From Thermoanaerobaculia bacterium (GTDB lineage: Bacteria > Acidobacteriota > Thermoanaerobaculia > UBA5066): a stretch of 64,000 bases of DNA. Position numbers and translations under genes: made by a program. The notes under the pieces are model-generated. The model made no database searches and was not told the DNA's origin. It saw only the letters and a list, made by a program, of their open reading frames with translations. Where the stretch lies: the NCBI GenBank assembly GCA_963821225.1, contig CAWGCY010000004.1, positions 867,029 through 931,028 of the forward strand, given 5' to 3'. This document shows, one piece after another, positions 20,701 to 28,614 of the stretch (positions are counted from its first letter, which is position 1; every line of letters starts with the position of its first letter).

Positions 20701-21395
20701 GGGATCGTGAAAGTCGCCCACGATCTCGTGCGTGCGCGGTGCGCCGGACTGAAGCGCAACACCGCCACATAAGCGTCGAAGGCGTCCGTCCACTCCTTGA
20801 CGAGGGCGGCGTCGTCCCCGGAGAGTGGAAGGGAGGTTCCGGCAGCGCGGGCGCGCAGATCCGCGACCCGCGCGTGCGCCGCCTCGGGCGTGTAAGACGC
20901 GTCGCGGGAACGGGGCGATGCGAGGGAGCCGGCGAGGTCGAAGAGGTCCCAGCCCGCGCGGGCGACGCGGCGCTCCTCGTCCGCGGAGTCGAGGGCAGCG
21001 ACGAGAACGTCGACCAGGGATCGCCCGCACGCCTCGGCGGCATCGAGGTCGAGGGAGTCGATCGAGGCGGCATCGGGGAATTTCTTCGCGGAGCGCTTCT
21101 GGAAGACCGCGAACCGGAACCTGAAGAGGACCCCCTCGCCCTGGACGCGGGCCCGCGCGGCGTCGCGCTCGGGGGAGATGCCGAAGAGCTCGGCGACGAA
21201 CGCCGCGAGCGGCCGGCTGGCCTCGACGAGGAGCACCGACAGGTCGGTGGGGAGAAGTGCTTCGTGGTCGCGATAGCGCTCGAAGCGTTCGGAGAGGTCG
21301 GGACTCTCCCGGCGGAGGCGCTCCCGGAAAAGGGCGTCGAGGTCCGCGAGGCGTTCCGGGAGAAAGAGGTCCGGGTCCGAGAAGCCGAAGTCCAT
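17757..21395 (-). CDS. Large Fe-S flavoprotein: GltD/NfnL-like domain fused to a PyrK/NfnS-like FNR domain
   Basis: ATG 21395; YCILCH...SC, GCPL, TGHRICNDCMKAC, VVGLGPAG, IGGGLTAID, YRR. C-terminal PGQF, MGPTG, GGGLGNA, SPMQCMMKEVCAQC...FSC. Confidence 0.85.
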   Translation of the reverse strand: MDFGFSDPDLFLPERLADLDALFRERLRRESPDLSERFERYRDHEALLPTDLSVLLVEASRPLAAFVAELFGISPERDAARARVQGEGVLFRFRFAVFQKRSAKKFPDAASIDSLDLDAAEACGRSLVDVLVAALDSADEERRVARAGWDLFDLAGSLASPRSRDASYTPEAAHARVADLRARAAGTSLPLSGDDAALVKEWTDAFDAYVAVLRFSPAHRARTRSWATFTIPKPMKFDALVATERSRPDLPEARFGLPSHARARDGFTLTDPRKTARQVTGETHYCILCHERDKDSCTKGFWQKDGSVRANPLGVPLTGCPLDEKISEMHTLRREGDAIAALALVCIDNPMVPGTGHRICNDCMKACIFQTQDPVDIPQTETGVLTDVFAMPWGFEIWSLLTRWNPLNAGRPYALPYNGKNVLVVGLGPAGYTLAHHLLNEGFGVVAIDGLKIEPPPAEFTGTETRAPRLIRDAKTLFRPLDKRTLTGFGGVSEYGITVRWDKNFLDLLYLNLARRRTLRIYSGVRFGGTLTHEQAFDLGFDHVAIAAGAGKPTLVGMTSNLIRGVRMASDFLMALQLTGAFKKDALTNLHIDVPILVIGGGLTAIDTATEAQAYYPLHVEKALERFEELAFEKGEAAILAGLSAEERVLLTRQLEHGHAIRLERERAARSGETPDFARLVKQWGGSNIVYRRSMEESPAYRLNHEEIVKALEEGIGFVENLEPVEALPDENGALRAVVFKRRDGSNVELPCRTLLVAAGTSPNVTYARERPGSIPLDAKDKFFRPHVAERDGAGFRLVAKDDGVGAFFTGTVYRGKLLSYFGDNHPVYAGSVVKAMASARDGTPRILELFEDALSALDRSVAAQAARDAAWRSFGATMDDLLVPRVVRVDRLTPTIVDVLVRAPMAVRNFRPGQFYRFQNYEAFAARLPGMNGGPGAPALIEPCALTGAWVDKEKGLLSMIALEIGVSSRLCSLLREGEPVVVMGPTGAPTYLPENQTLVLCGGGLGNAVLFSIGREARARGNKVVYFAGYKKAEDFYKREEIEAAADVVVWTVDMAPTIPAKRPQDFTFLGNIVQAMLAYAEGRLGKTTIALAEASRLIVIGSDRMMAAVTAARHGVLAPHLFAAHEGIGSINSPMQCMMKEVCAQCLQRHVDPATNKESFVFSCFNQDQKLDEMDWENLRARLSQNSLEERLANQWLEHVLALEGVRRV

Positions 21396-21420
21396 CCCGG
21401 GAGGATAAACTGAGTTTCCA

Positions 21421-24276
21421 GTGGATCGGGACGATCGCGGCCTCACGGATCCGGGCGTCATTCGCGACCGGTTCCTCTCGGAGTTTGCCCTCGCACTCGT
21501 CGAGGGAGTGCAGCTCCAGGAGTTCCTCGACTGGTCGGTCGCGCAGATCGGCCGGATCCTCGACGTCGATCGCTTCACGCTCTTCATGTTCGGCGCGGGC
21601 GGCGACGCCGACGCGCTCGTCGTGCGCGCCTCGTGGGCGGCGGACGGTGTCGACCCGATTCCGGCGACCATTCCCCTGTCCGGGTCCCTCGTCTCGGCGC
21701 GGCTGAGGATGTTCGAGTCCGTGGTCGTCGAGGACGTGGACGACGCCGCCGACCTCCTGGAGGGACGCGAGGTCCTGCGGCGCCTCGGGACGAAGTCGCT
21801 TCTCGCCGTCCCGATCGGCATCGACAGCGCGCTCCGGGGGTTCGTCGCCGCGGCGTCCGTGCGGGAGCGCCGTGACTGGACGCCGGAGGACGTCGCGTTC
21901 CTCGAGTCGGCGGTGCATCACCTGTCCGCGGCGCTCAAGCAGACGGAGCTCGTCGAGGAGCTCGGCAGGGAGCGCGACCGGCTCTCCGTGCTCTTCGACC
22001 TCGCGTCCGCGGTGCAGCGGTCCACGACCGTGAACGACGTCGTCGAGACGGCGCTCTCGGGGCTCCGCGACACCCTGCTCTTTCCGATCGGCGTCTTCTC
22101 GCTCGTCGCGCCGGAGGGGGACGCCGTCATTGGTCTCGGCGGGTACGGCGGCACCGACGCGGGAGATTTCTCGGGTCGCACGCCCCTGACTCCGGAACGT
22201 CCGACCGTCTCGTTCCGCGTCCTCGAATCGGGGCAGCCGCTCATCGTGAACGACATCGAGGAGGAGCCTGAGAGCCCTTCGAAGGAGAGGTTCCGCCAGC
22301 TCGGGGCGCGTTCGTTCGGCGTCTTTCCCATGCGGTCGGCGGGCAAGACGATCGGCGTCATGAGCGTTGCGAGCCGGGACTCGTCCCGCCGGATCGAGTT
22401 CGACGACGTCGAGACGCTTCAGTCCCTCGCCGATTTCGTAGGCGTCGCGCTCGAGCAAAGACGCGCGGCCGACGCCGTTGCGGAGGCGATGCGCGAGGCC
22501 CGAAGCCTCGCCGACGCGTCTCACGCGCTTCTCACGCGCACGGCCGACCGGCGGACTCTCCTCGACCAGATCCTCGACGCGCTCGCGCAGCACTTCGGCC
22601 ACGAGGCCTGCAGCCTCCTCCTCGTGGACGAGGAGCGCCGTATCCTCGTCCAGAACGGTCGGCGCGGACAGTGGTGGTCTCCCGTCGACCCGGTCTCCGT
22701 GATCCCGCTAGACGCCCCGGGCCTCATCCCGCTCGCCGCGCGCTCGGGGCGCGTCGTGAACGCGCCCGACGTGGCAAGCGAGCCGGACTACGTGGTCGGC
22801 TGGCCCGACGCGCGTTCGGAGCTCGTCGTTCCGCTGATTCTCGACGACCGCGTCGTAGGCGTCTTCGACCTGCAGTCGGGGCATCCGAACGCCTTCTCGG
22901 ACGCGGATGCCCGCACGATTCGGGCCTTCGCCGAGCGAGCCGCTCTGGCGTTGCGTCTGTCCGAGCTCGTCGGCACGCTGGAGAACCGCACGCGCGTCCT
23001 CGAGGCGGTCACGCGCGCCACGCAGCTCCTCAACTTTCGCCTCCACGCGCCCGACGTTCTGACGTCGGTGGTCGAGGAGACCACGCGCGCGTTCCCGGGC
23101 GCCGACGGCTGCGTCGCATGGGTGAGCGACACGGACGGCACGAGCCTGTCCGTCGCCGCCGCCGACGGCTTGGGAGAGATGACGCTCCGCGCGGCCGGGA
23201 CCGCGTTGCACGCGTTGCCGCGCCTGAAGTGCGCGGGCCGGGCCTTCCTCGAGAACCGTCCCGTGTTCTTTCAGGTGTCGGGATTCGACGAACTTTCGAC
23301 GGGCTGGGACCCCGGTTCGCGCGCCCGCGCCCGCACCGCCGTCGAGAACCCGGACGTGCGATCCCTCATGGCCGTTCCGATCCGGGTCGGCGATCACCGG
23401 CTCGGCGTCCTCGAGGTGCTGGCGATCGTTCCGGACGCCTTCACGCCGAAGGACGGCGAGACGCTCGCGCTTCTCGCGGAACAGTGCGCGATCGCGCTCC
23501 GCAACGCGCGCCTCATCGAGGAGCTCCAGAGGAGCAACCGGCTGAAAGACGACTTCCTCGCGAACCTTTCCCACGAGATCCGCACGCCGCTGACGGGAAT
23601 CGTGGGCTGGGCCGAGGTCCTGCTCGACTCTCACCGCGACGACACGGAAGCGCGGCGCGCGCTCGAGGCGATCCTCGGGCAGGCCGACACGCTCACGCGC
23701 ATGCTGGCCGACCTGATCGACCTGTCGCGGATCGACAACTTCGGGCTGGAGCTCCGCCGGGGCCCGGTCGCGATCCCCGAGGTCCTCGCGGCCGCGCTCG
23801 ACGCGGTGAGCCCGGGGGCGCGGCGCCGAGGCGTCGTCATCCGGTGCACGCTCGATCCGGACCTGCCCTTCGTGGAGGGCGATGCCGCGCGCCTCAAGCA
23901 GGTCCTCTGGAACCTCCTCGCGAACGGGGTCAAGTTCTCGCCGTCCGGCGGAACCGTGCACGTGGCCGGGCGCCGCGTCTCGGGCGGGGGGCTCGAGATC
24001 GCCGTGGAGGACGAGGGCCACGGCATCGACCCGGAGTTCCTCCCGGTCGTGTTCGACCGTTTCCGACAGGAGGAGACGTCCTCGAACCGGCGGTTCGGCG
24101 GTCTGGGCATCGGCCTTGCCATCGCGCGGGCGATCGTCCTGGCGCACGGCGGAACGATCGTCGCCGAGAGCGAGGGACGCGAGCGCGGCAGCCGGTTCGT
24201 CGTCACGTTCCCGCCCGAGCGTGTCGTGGCCCGTCGGGAGGACGGGCGCGCGACGAAGCGCGAGGCGGCCCGATGA
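21421..24276 (+). CDS. Cytoplasmic multi-GAF (four) sensor histidine kinase
   Basis: Four GAF repeats (SLLAVPI, SFGVFPM, SELVVPL, SLMAVPI); H-box LSHEIRTPL, N-box NLLANGVKF, DEGHGI, GLGIGL; no TM segment. Confidence 0.9.
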   Translation: MDRDDRGLTDPGVIRDRFLSEFALALVEGVQLQEFLDWSVAQIGRILDVDRFTLFMFGAGGDADALVVRASWAADGVDPIPATIPLSGSLVSARLRMFESVVVEDVDDAADLLEGREVLRRLGTKSLLAVPIGIDSALRGFVAAASVRERRDWTPEDVAFLESAVHHLSAALKQTELVEELGRERDRLSVLFDLASAVQRSTTVNDVVETALSGLRDTLLFPIGVFSLVAPEGDAVIGLGGYGGTDAGDFSGRTPLTPERPTVSFRVLESGQPLIVNDIEEEPESPSKERFRQLGARSFGVFPMRSAGKTIGVMSVASRDSSRRIEFDDVETLQSLADFVGVALEQRRAADAVAEAMREARSLADASHALLTRTADRRTLLDQILDALAQHFGHEACSLLLVDEERRILVQNGRRGQWWSPVDPVSVIPLDAPGLIPLAARSGRVVNAPDVASEPDYVVGWPDARSELVVPLILDDRVVGVFDLQSGHPNAFSDADARTIRAFAERAALALRLSELVGTLENRTRVLEAVTRATQLLNFRLHAPDVLTSVVEETTRAFPGADGCVAWVSDTDGTSLSVAAADGLGEMTLRAAGTALHALPRLKCAGRAFLENRPVFFQVSGFDELSTGWDPGSRARARTAVENPDVRSLMAVPIRVGDHRLGVLEVLAIVPDAFTPKDGETLALLAEQCAIALRNARLIEELQRSNRLKDDFLANLSHEIRTPLTGIVGWAEVLLDSHRDDTEARRALEAILGQADTLTRMLADLIDLSRIDNFGLELRRGPVAIPEVLAAALDAVSPGARRRGVVIRCTLDPDLPFVEGDAARLKQVLWNLLANGVKFSPSGGTVHVAGRRVSGGGLEIAVEDEGHGIDPEFLPVVFDRFRQEETSSNRRFGGLGIGLAIARAIVLAHGGTIVAESEGRERGSRFVVTFPPERVVARREDGRATKREAAR

Positions 24277-25832
24277 CCCGGCGCGACGCCGCGCGGCTCG
24301 AAGAGCGCCTCCAGAAGGCCGAGGAGCGGATCGCGGCCTTGAACCGGATCGGGATCGCCCTCTCCGCCGAGCGCGATCTCGAGAAGCTCCTGGAGACGAT
24401 CCTGAACGAATCGCGGCGCTTCTCGGATTCCGAGGCGGGCAGCCTCTACCTCTTGGAGGACGCGCCGGAGGGCGGGCGCCTGCGCTTCAAGCTCGCGCAG
24501 AACGACGCGGTTTCGTTCGCTTTCTCCGAGCGCACGGTACCCGTGAACGAAGAGAGCCTCGCTGGCTGGGTCGCCGTCCACGGAGAGCCTCTCGTTCTCG
24601 AGGACGCGTACCTGCTTCCGAGGGACGCACCCTACCGGCACAACGTCGCGTTCGACGTCGCGACCGGATTCCGGACGCGCGCCATGCTCGTCGTGCCGAT
24701 GAGGGATCACCGCGGCGAGCTCGTCGGCGTCCTTCAGCTCATGAACCGGCGGGGGCGCACACCGGGTGCGCACGAGCCGTACCCGGACGACCTCGTGCCC
24801 CTTCTTCTCTCCCTCGCGACGCAAGCGGCGGTCTGCCTGAAAGCGAACAACCTGACGGCGTCGATCCGGAAGCTCTTCGAGGACTTCGCGCGGGCCGCGA
24901 TCGTTGCGGTCGAGCAGCGCGACCCGACGACCGCGGGCCACAGCAACCGTGTCTCGACGCTTTCCGTCTCGCTCGCCTCACTCGTCGACCGCGCCGCCGA
25001 CGGCCCGTACGCCGCCCTGACGTTCTCCCGGGAAGAGCTGCGCGAGATCGGCACGGCCGCGCTCCTTCACGATTTCGGGAAGATCTCGATTCCCGAGCGC
25101 GTCCTCGTCAAGGCGAAGAAGCTCTCGGAGGAGGGGCTCGGGAAGATCCGCGACCGTTTCGACTTCTCGCTCGCCTCGGAGGAGGCTCGGGAGGCGCGAG
25201 CGCTCCTCGAGCGGCGCGCGCGGGAAGGCGGAATCGTCACGGCGGGCGATCTCGAGGCGCTGGACACGACGGCTGCGGCTCGCGCCCGCGACCTCGAGGA
25301 GCTTTTCGAGGAGATCGTCGCCGCGAACGAGCCGACCGTCCTGCCGAGGGATGCGCGCGGACGCCTCGAGGCGCTCCTCGAGCGGGCGTACCGGGATCGA
25401 CGCGGGCGCGACACGACGCTTCTCCTTCCCGAGGAGTTTCGGCTCCTGTCGATCACGCAGGGGAGCCTCTCCGAGGACGAGCGCCGCGCCGTGGAAAGCC
25501 ACGTGTCGCACACGTGGCGCTTCCTCTCGACGATCCCGTGGACGGCGGACCTCGCCCGCGTTCCCGAGATCGCGTACGCGCACCACGAAAAGCTCGACGG
25601 GACCGGCTACCCCCGCAGGCTGAACAGCGCGGGCATCCCACCGGCGGTCCGCGCGCTCACCGTCTGCGACGTCTACGACGCCCTCACCGCCGCCGATCGG
25701 CCCTACAAGAAAGCCGTTCCGCGCGACGAGGCGCTCGGCATCCTGGAGGAGGAGGCGAAGCGCGACCGGCTCGACTCGTGGATGGTCGGGGCCTTCATCG
25801 ACGGAAAAGTGTGGACTTCGCTCGCGCCCTGA
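24273..25832 (+). CDS. GAF + HD-GYP domain phosphodiesterase
   Basis: ATGA overlap with the kinase stop; GAF (AMLVVPM...GVLQLMN), RDPTTAGHS, LHDFGK, HHEKLDGTGYP, DVYDALT..RPYK. Confidence 0.9.
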   Translation: MTRRDAARLEERLQKAEERIAALNRIGIALSAERDLEKLLETILNESRRFSDSEAGSLYLLEDAPEGGRLRFKLAQNDAVSFAFSERTVPVNEESLAGWVAVHGEPLVLEDAYLLPRDAPYRHNVAFDVATGFRTRAMLVVPMRDHRGELVGVLQLMNRRGRTPGAHEPYPDDLVPLLLSLATQAAVCLKANNLTASIRKLFEDFARAAIVAVEQRDPTTAGHSNRVSTLSVSLASLVDRAADGPYAALTFSREELREIGTAALLHDFGKISIPERVLVKAKKLSEEGLGKIRDRFDFSLASEEAREARALLERRAREGGIVTAGDLEALDTTAAARARDLEELFEEIVAANEPTVLPRDARGRLEALLERAYRDRRGRDTTLLLPEEFRLLSITQGSLSEDERRAVESHVSHTWRFLSTIPWTADLARVPEIAYAHHEKLDGTGYPRRLNSAGIPPAVRALTVCDVYDALTAADRPYKKAVPRDEALGILEEEAKRDRLDSWMVGAFIDGKVWTSLAP

Positions 25833-26491
25833 GTACGGCGGCGCGCGCGGCGGCGGTCGCCGCGTGGCTCCTGTTGTCGTCCTCCCCGGCCGCGGCGGCT
25901 CCCGCGAGGTGGCACTTCTCGTTCGGGAAATGGCGGATTTCGATTCTCTTCGAAAGGGAAGAGGGGAGAGGAGATACGACGCGGCTGCTCCTGGATGCCG
26001 GGGCCGGGCGATTCGACTTCGTGTCCTCGCAGAATCCCTCCGGCCGGGACTCGACGGAGAGCATCCGCCGACTCCCGGACGGCGAGACATTCACCCGGCG
26101 CCTCGTTCTGTCGACCTTCGAAGGAATCCCGGCGTGCTCTTCGGTCCGGTTTCCGGACGCGTGCGTCGTGCTGACGGGTGCGAACGGGACGCTCTCGGCT
26201 CCCATCTCCGGCTTCGCAGGCGAGTCGGGAGCGCCTCTGCGGGCGCGGGCCGCCAGCCTCGTTTCGCCCGCCATGCGGGACGCACTCTTCGCGCTCGCGC
26301 CGATTCTTCCGGCCGCCGCCGAGTTCGGCTCCTATTCGAAGGATTTTCTCGGCCTCGTCTGGCCCGAGCGCTTCTCCCGAGCGCAGAAGATCCAGCGCGG
26401 GGTCCGGAAGCCGGGCTGCGACTTCGACGCGACTTTCGGATACCCGTGCGACGCGGACGCCCGGCGGCGGGAGGAGAGTAGGTTTAGATGA
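25811..26491 (+). CDS. Hypothetical secreted protein
   Basis: GTG 25811; signal-like AAAVAAWLLLSSSPAAA; fills the gap and overlaps the helicase ATG (ATGA); four Cys. Confidence 0.6.
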   Translation: MDFARALSTAARAAAVAAWLLLSSSPAAAAPARWHFSFGKWRISILFEREEGRGDTTRLLLDAGAGRFDFVSSQNPSGRDSTESIRRLPDGETFTRRLVLSTFEGIPACSSVRFPDACVVLTGANGTLSAPISGFAGESGAPLRARAASLVSPAMRDALFALAPILPAAAEFGSYSKDFLGLVWPERFSRAQKIQRGVRKPGCDFDATFGYPCDADARRREESRFR

Positions 26492-28593
26492 GCGACGAGG
26501 CTCCTGCTCCGCGCCGGTACGTCCTGCGCCGCAGCGCGGCGTCGAGGAGCTACCGCGTCGACTACACGCGCGAGCTGAACGAAGAGCAGAAGACGGTGGT
26601 GTTCGCGCCCGACGGGCCGACGGTCGTCGTCGCGGGCGCCGGCTCGGGCAAGACGCGCACGCTCGTCTATCGCGTCTCGCGTCTCATCGAGGACGGCGCC
26701 GATCCGGCCTCCCTTCTTCTCCTCACGTTCACGAACCGTGCCGCCCGCGAGATGAAGCGCCGCGTCGAAGCCCTCATCGGCGCCGACCTGAACCGTGCGA
26801 CGGCAGGGACGTTCCACTCGGTCGCCGCGCGCCTGCTGCGCCCCCACGCGGAGCTGCTCGGTTATCGCCAGAACTTCGGCATCCTCGACTCGGAGGACTC
26901 CAAGGACCTCCTCGAGTCCGCGACGTCCGACCTCGGAGTCCCCGTCACCGAGAGGCGCTTTCCCAAGGGCGACCTCCTCCGGGCGATCGTGTCGCTCTGC
27001 GTGAACACCGGGCGGCCGCTCGACGAGGTGATCTCGGCCGAGCATCCGCACTTCCTTCCCCAGCTCGAGGCGATCCGCGCGGTCGTCCGCCGGTATCTCG
27101 AGCGAAAAGTCGCCGCGAACGGCATGGATTACGACGACCTGCTCCTGAACTTTAAGAGACTTCTCGCCGAGCACCCGGGTCTCCGGAAGAGCTTCGGCAC
27201 GCGTTTTCGGCACGTCCTCGTGGACGAATACCAGGACGTCAACCGCCTGCAGTCGGACCTCGTCGACCTTGTCGTGAAGGACGTCGAGAACCCGAACGTC
27301 ATGGTCGTCGGCGACGACGCGCAGTCCATCTACTCCTTCCGCGGAGCGGATTTCGAGGCGCTCCTCGGATTCCCGAAACGGCATCCGGGGACGCGCGTCT
27401 TCTCACTCGAGACGAACTACCGCTCGACGCCCGAGATCCTCCGTCTCGCGGACGCGTCCATCGCGCAGAACACGCGGCGCTTCGAGAAATCGCTTCGCGC
27501 AACGCGCCCCGCCGGCGTTCCGGTGGCCGTCGTGGGCGCGGCCGACGTAGGGCAGCAGGCCGAGTTCGTGGCCCAGCGCGTCCTCGAGCTGCGCGACGAA
27601 GGAACGCCCCTCGCCGAGATCGGAGTCCTCTATCGCGCGCACCATCAGGCCCTCGAGCTGCAGATCGAGCTGACGCGCCGCGGCATCCCGTACGAAATTC
27701 GCTCGGGATTGCGCTTCTTCGAGCAGCAGCACGTGAAGGACGTGCTCGCGTACCTTCGTCTTCTCGTGAACCCGAAGGAGGAGACGGCTTTCAAGCGCAT
27801 TCTCAAGCTCCTTCCGAAAGTGGGGGAGCGCACGGCCGCGTCTCTCTGGGCGGCGGTCTCGGAGATGCCCGACCCGGTCGGCTCCTTCCTTCGTCTCGAT
27901 CTGCGAAAGGCTCCGGCCGGCGCGCGAGGCGCGCTCGGGAAGCTCGCGACGACGCTGGAATCGCTGCGAAGGCCGTCGCTTCTCTCGGCGCCGGCGGAGG
28001 CGATCCGCTTCGTCGTCGACGAGGGCGGCTACGCGGACGTCGCGAAGTCGAAGTTCGAAAACCACCAGGCCCGCCTCGACGACCTCGAGGCGCTCGCGCA
28101 GTTCGCGCTGCCGTACGGCGGCGTCGAGAGCTTCCTCGAGGAAGTCACGCTCTTCGGCGAGCCCTCGGGCGAGACCGTCGTCGCGGGCGAAAAGGACGAC
28201 GAGCGCCTCGTCCTGTCTTCGATCCACCAGGCGAAGGGGCTCGAGTGGCGCGCCGTGTTCGTCCTCGGGCTCGTCGAGGACCGTTTTCCGAACGTGAGGG
28301 CCTCGCGCACGGCCGAGGGGCTCGAGGAGGAACGGCGCCTTTTCTACGTCGCGGCCACGCGTGCGAAGGACGAGCTCCTGCTCGTCCACCCCCTCGCGGC
28401 GTTCGACCGCTACGGCATCGTCGTCGTGACCGAGCCGAGTCGCTTCCTGCGCGAGCTGCCGGAGGACGTCTACGAGCGGTGGGTGCTCGAGCCGGGTCCG
28501 GCCCTCCCGGCGATCGCGGGCGCGAACGCCCCGAGGCTCGGCGAGGCGGCCGACCCGACGGGAGACGTGGACGAGGACGAGCCCGTGAACTGA
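26488..28593 (+). CDS. ATP-dependent DNA helicase, UvrD/PcrA family
   Basis: AGAGSGKT, LTFTNRAA, LVDEYQD, VGDDAQSIYSFRGA, NYRST, IHQAKGLEW, EERRLFYVAATRAK. Confidence 0.95.
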   Translation: MSDEAPAPRRYVLRRSAASRSYRVDYTRELNEEQKTVVFAPDGPTVVVAGAGSGKTRTLVYRVSRLIEDGADPASLLLLTFTNRAAREMKRRVEALIGADLNRATAGTFHSVAARLLRPHAELLGYRQNFGILDSEDSKDLLESATSDLGVPVTERRFPKGDLLRAIVSLCVNTGRPLDEVISAEHPHFLPQLEAIRAVVRRYLERKVAANGMDYDDLLLNFKRLLAEHPGLRKSFGTRFRHVLVDEYQDVNRLQSDLVDLVVKDVENPNVMVVGDDAQSIYSFRGADFEALLGFPKRHPGTRVFSLETNYRSTPEILRLADASIAQNTRRFEKSLRATRPAGVPVAVVGAADVGQQAEFVAQRVLELRDEGTPLAEIGVLYRAHHQALELQIELTRRGIPYEIRSGLRFFEQQHVKDVLAYLRLLVNPKEETAFKRILKLLPKVGERTAASLWAAVSEMPDPVGSFLRLDLRKAPAGARGALGKLATTLESLRRPSLLSAPAEAIRFVVDEGGYADVAKSKFENHQARLDDLEALAQFALPYGGVESFLEEVTLFGEPSGETVVAGEKDDERLVLSSIHQAKGLEWRAVFVLGLVEDRFPNVRASRTAEGLEEERRLFYVAATRAKDELLLVHPLAAFDRYGIVVVTEPSRFLRELPEDVYERWVLEPGPALPAIAGANAPRLGEAADPTGDVDEDEPVN

Positions 28594-28614
28594 ACCCGAG
28601 CCTAGAATCCCGAC

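Noticed and set aside
17742-22602. Very long alternative-frame and antisense ORFs (e.g. 17742..21413 +, 19207..22602 -, and similar ones across the window)
   Set aside because: Arg/Gly/Pro-rich shadows of real genes, expected from high GC3 codon bias; no family motifs.
26488-28593. Helicase as part of an anti-phage defence system
   Set aside because: Ordinary UvrD/PcrA-type motifs and no nuclease or other defence partner nearby.
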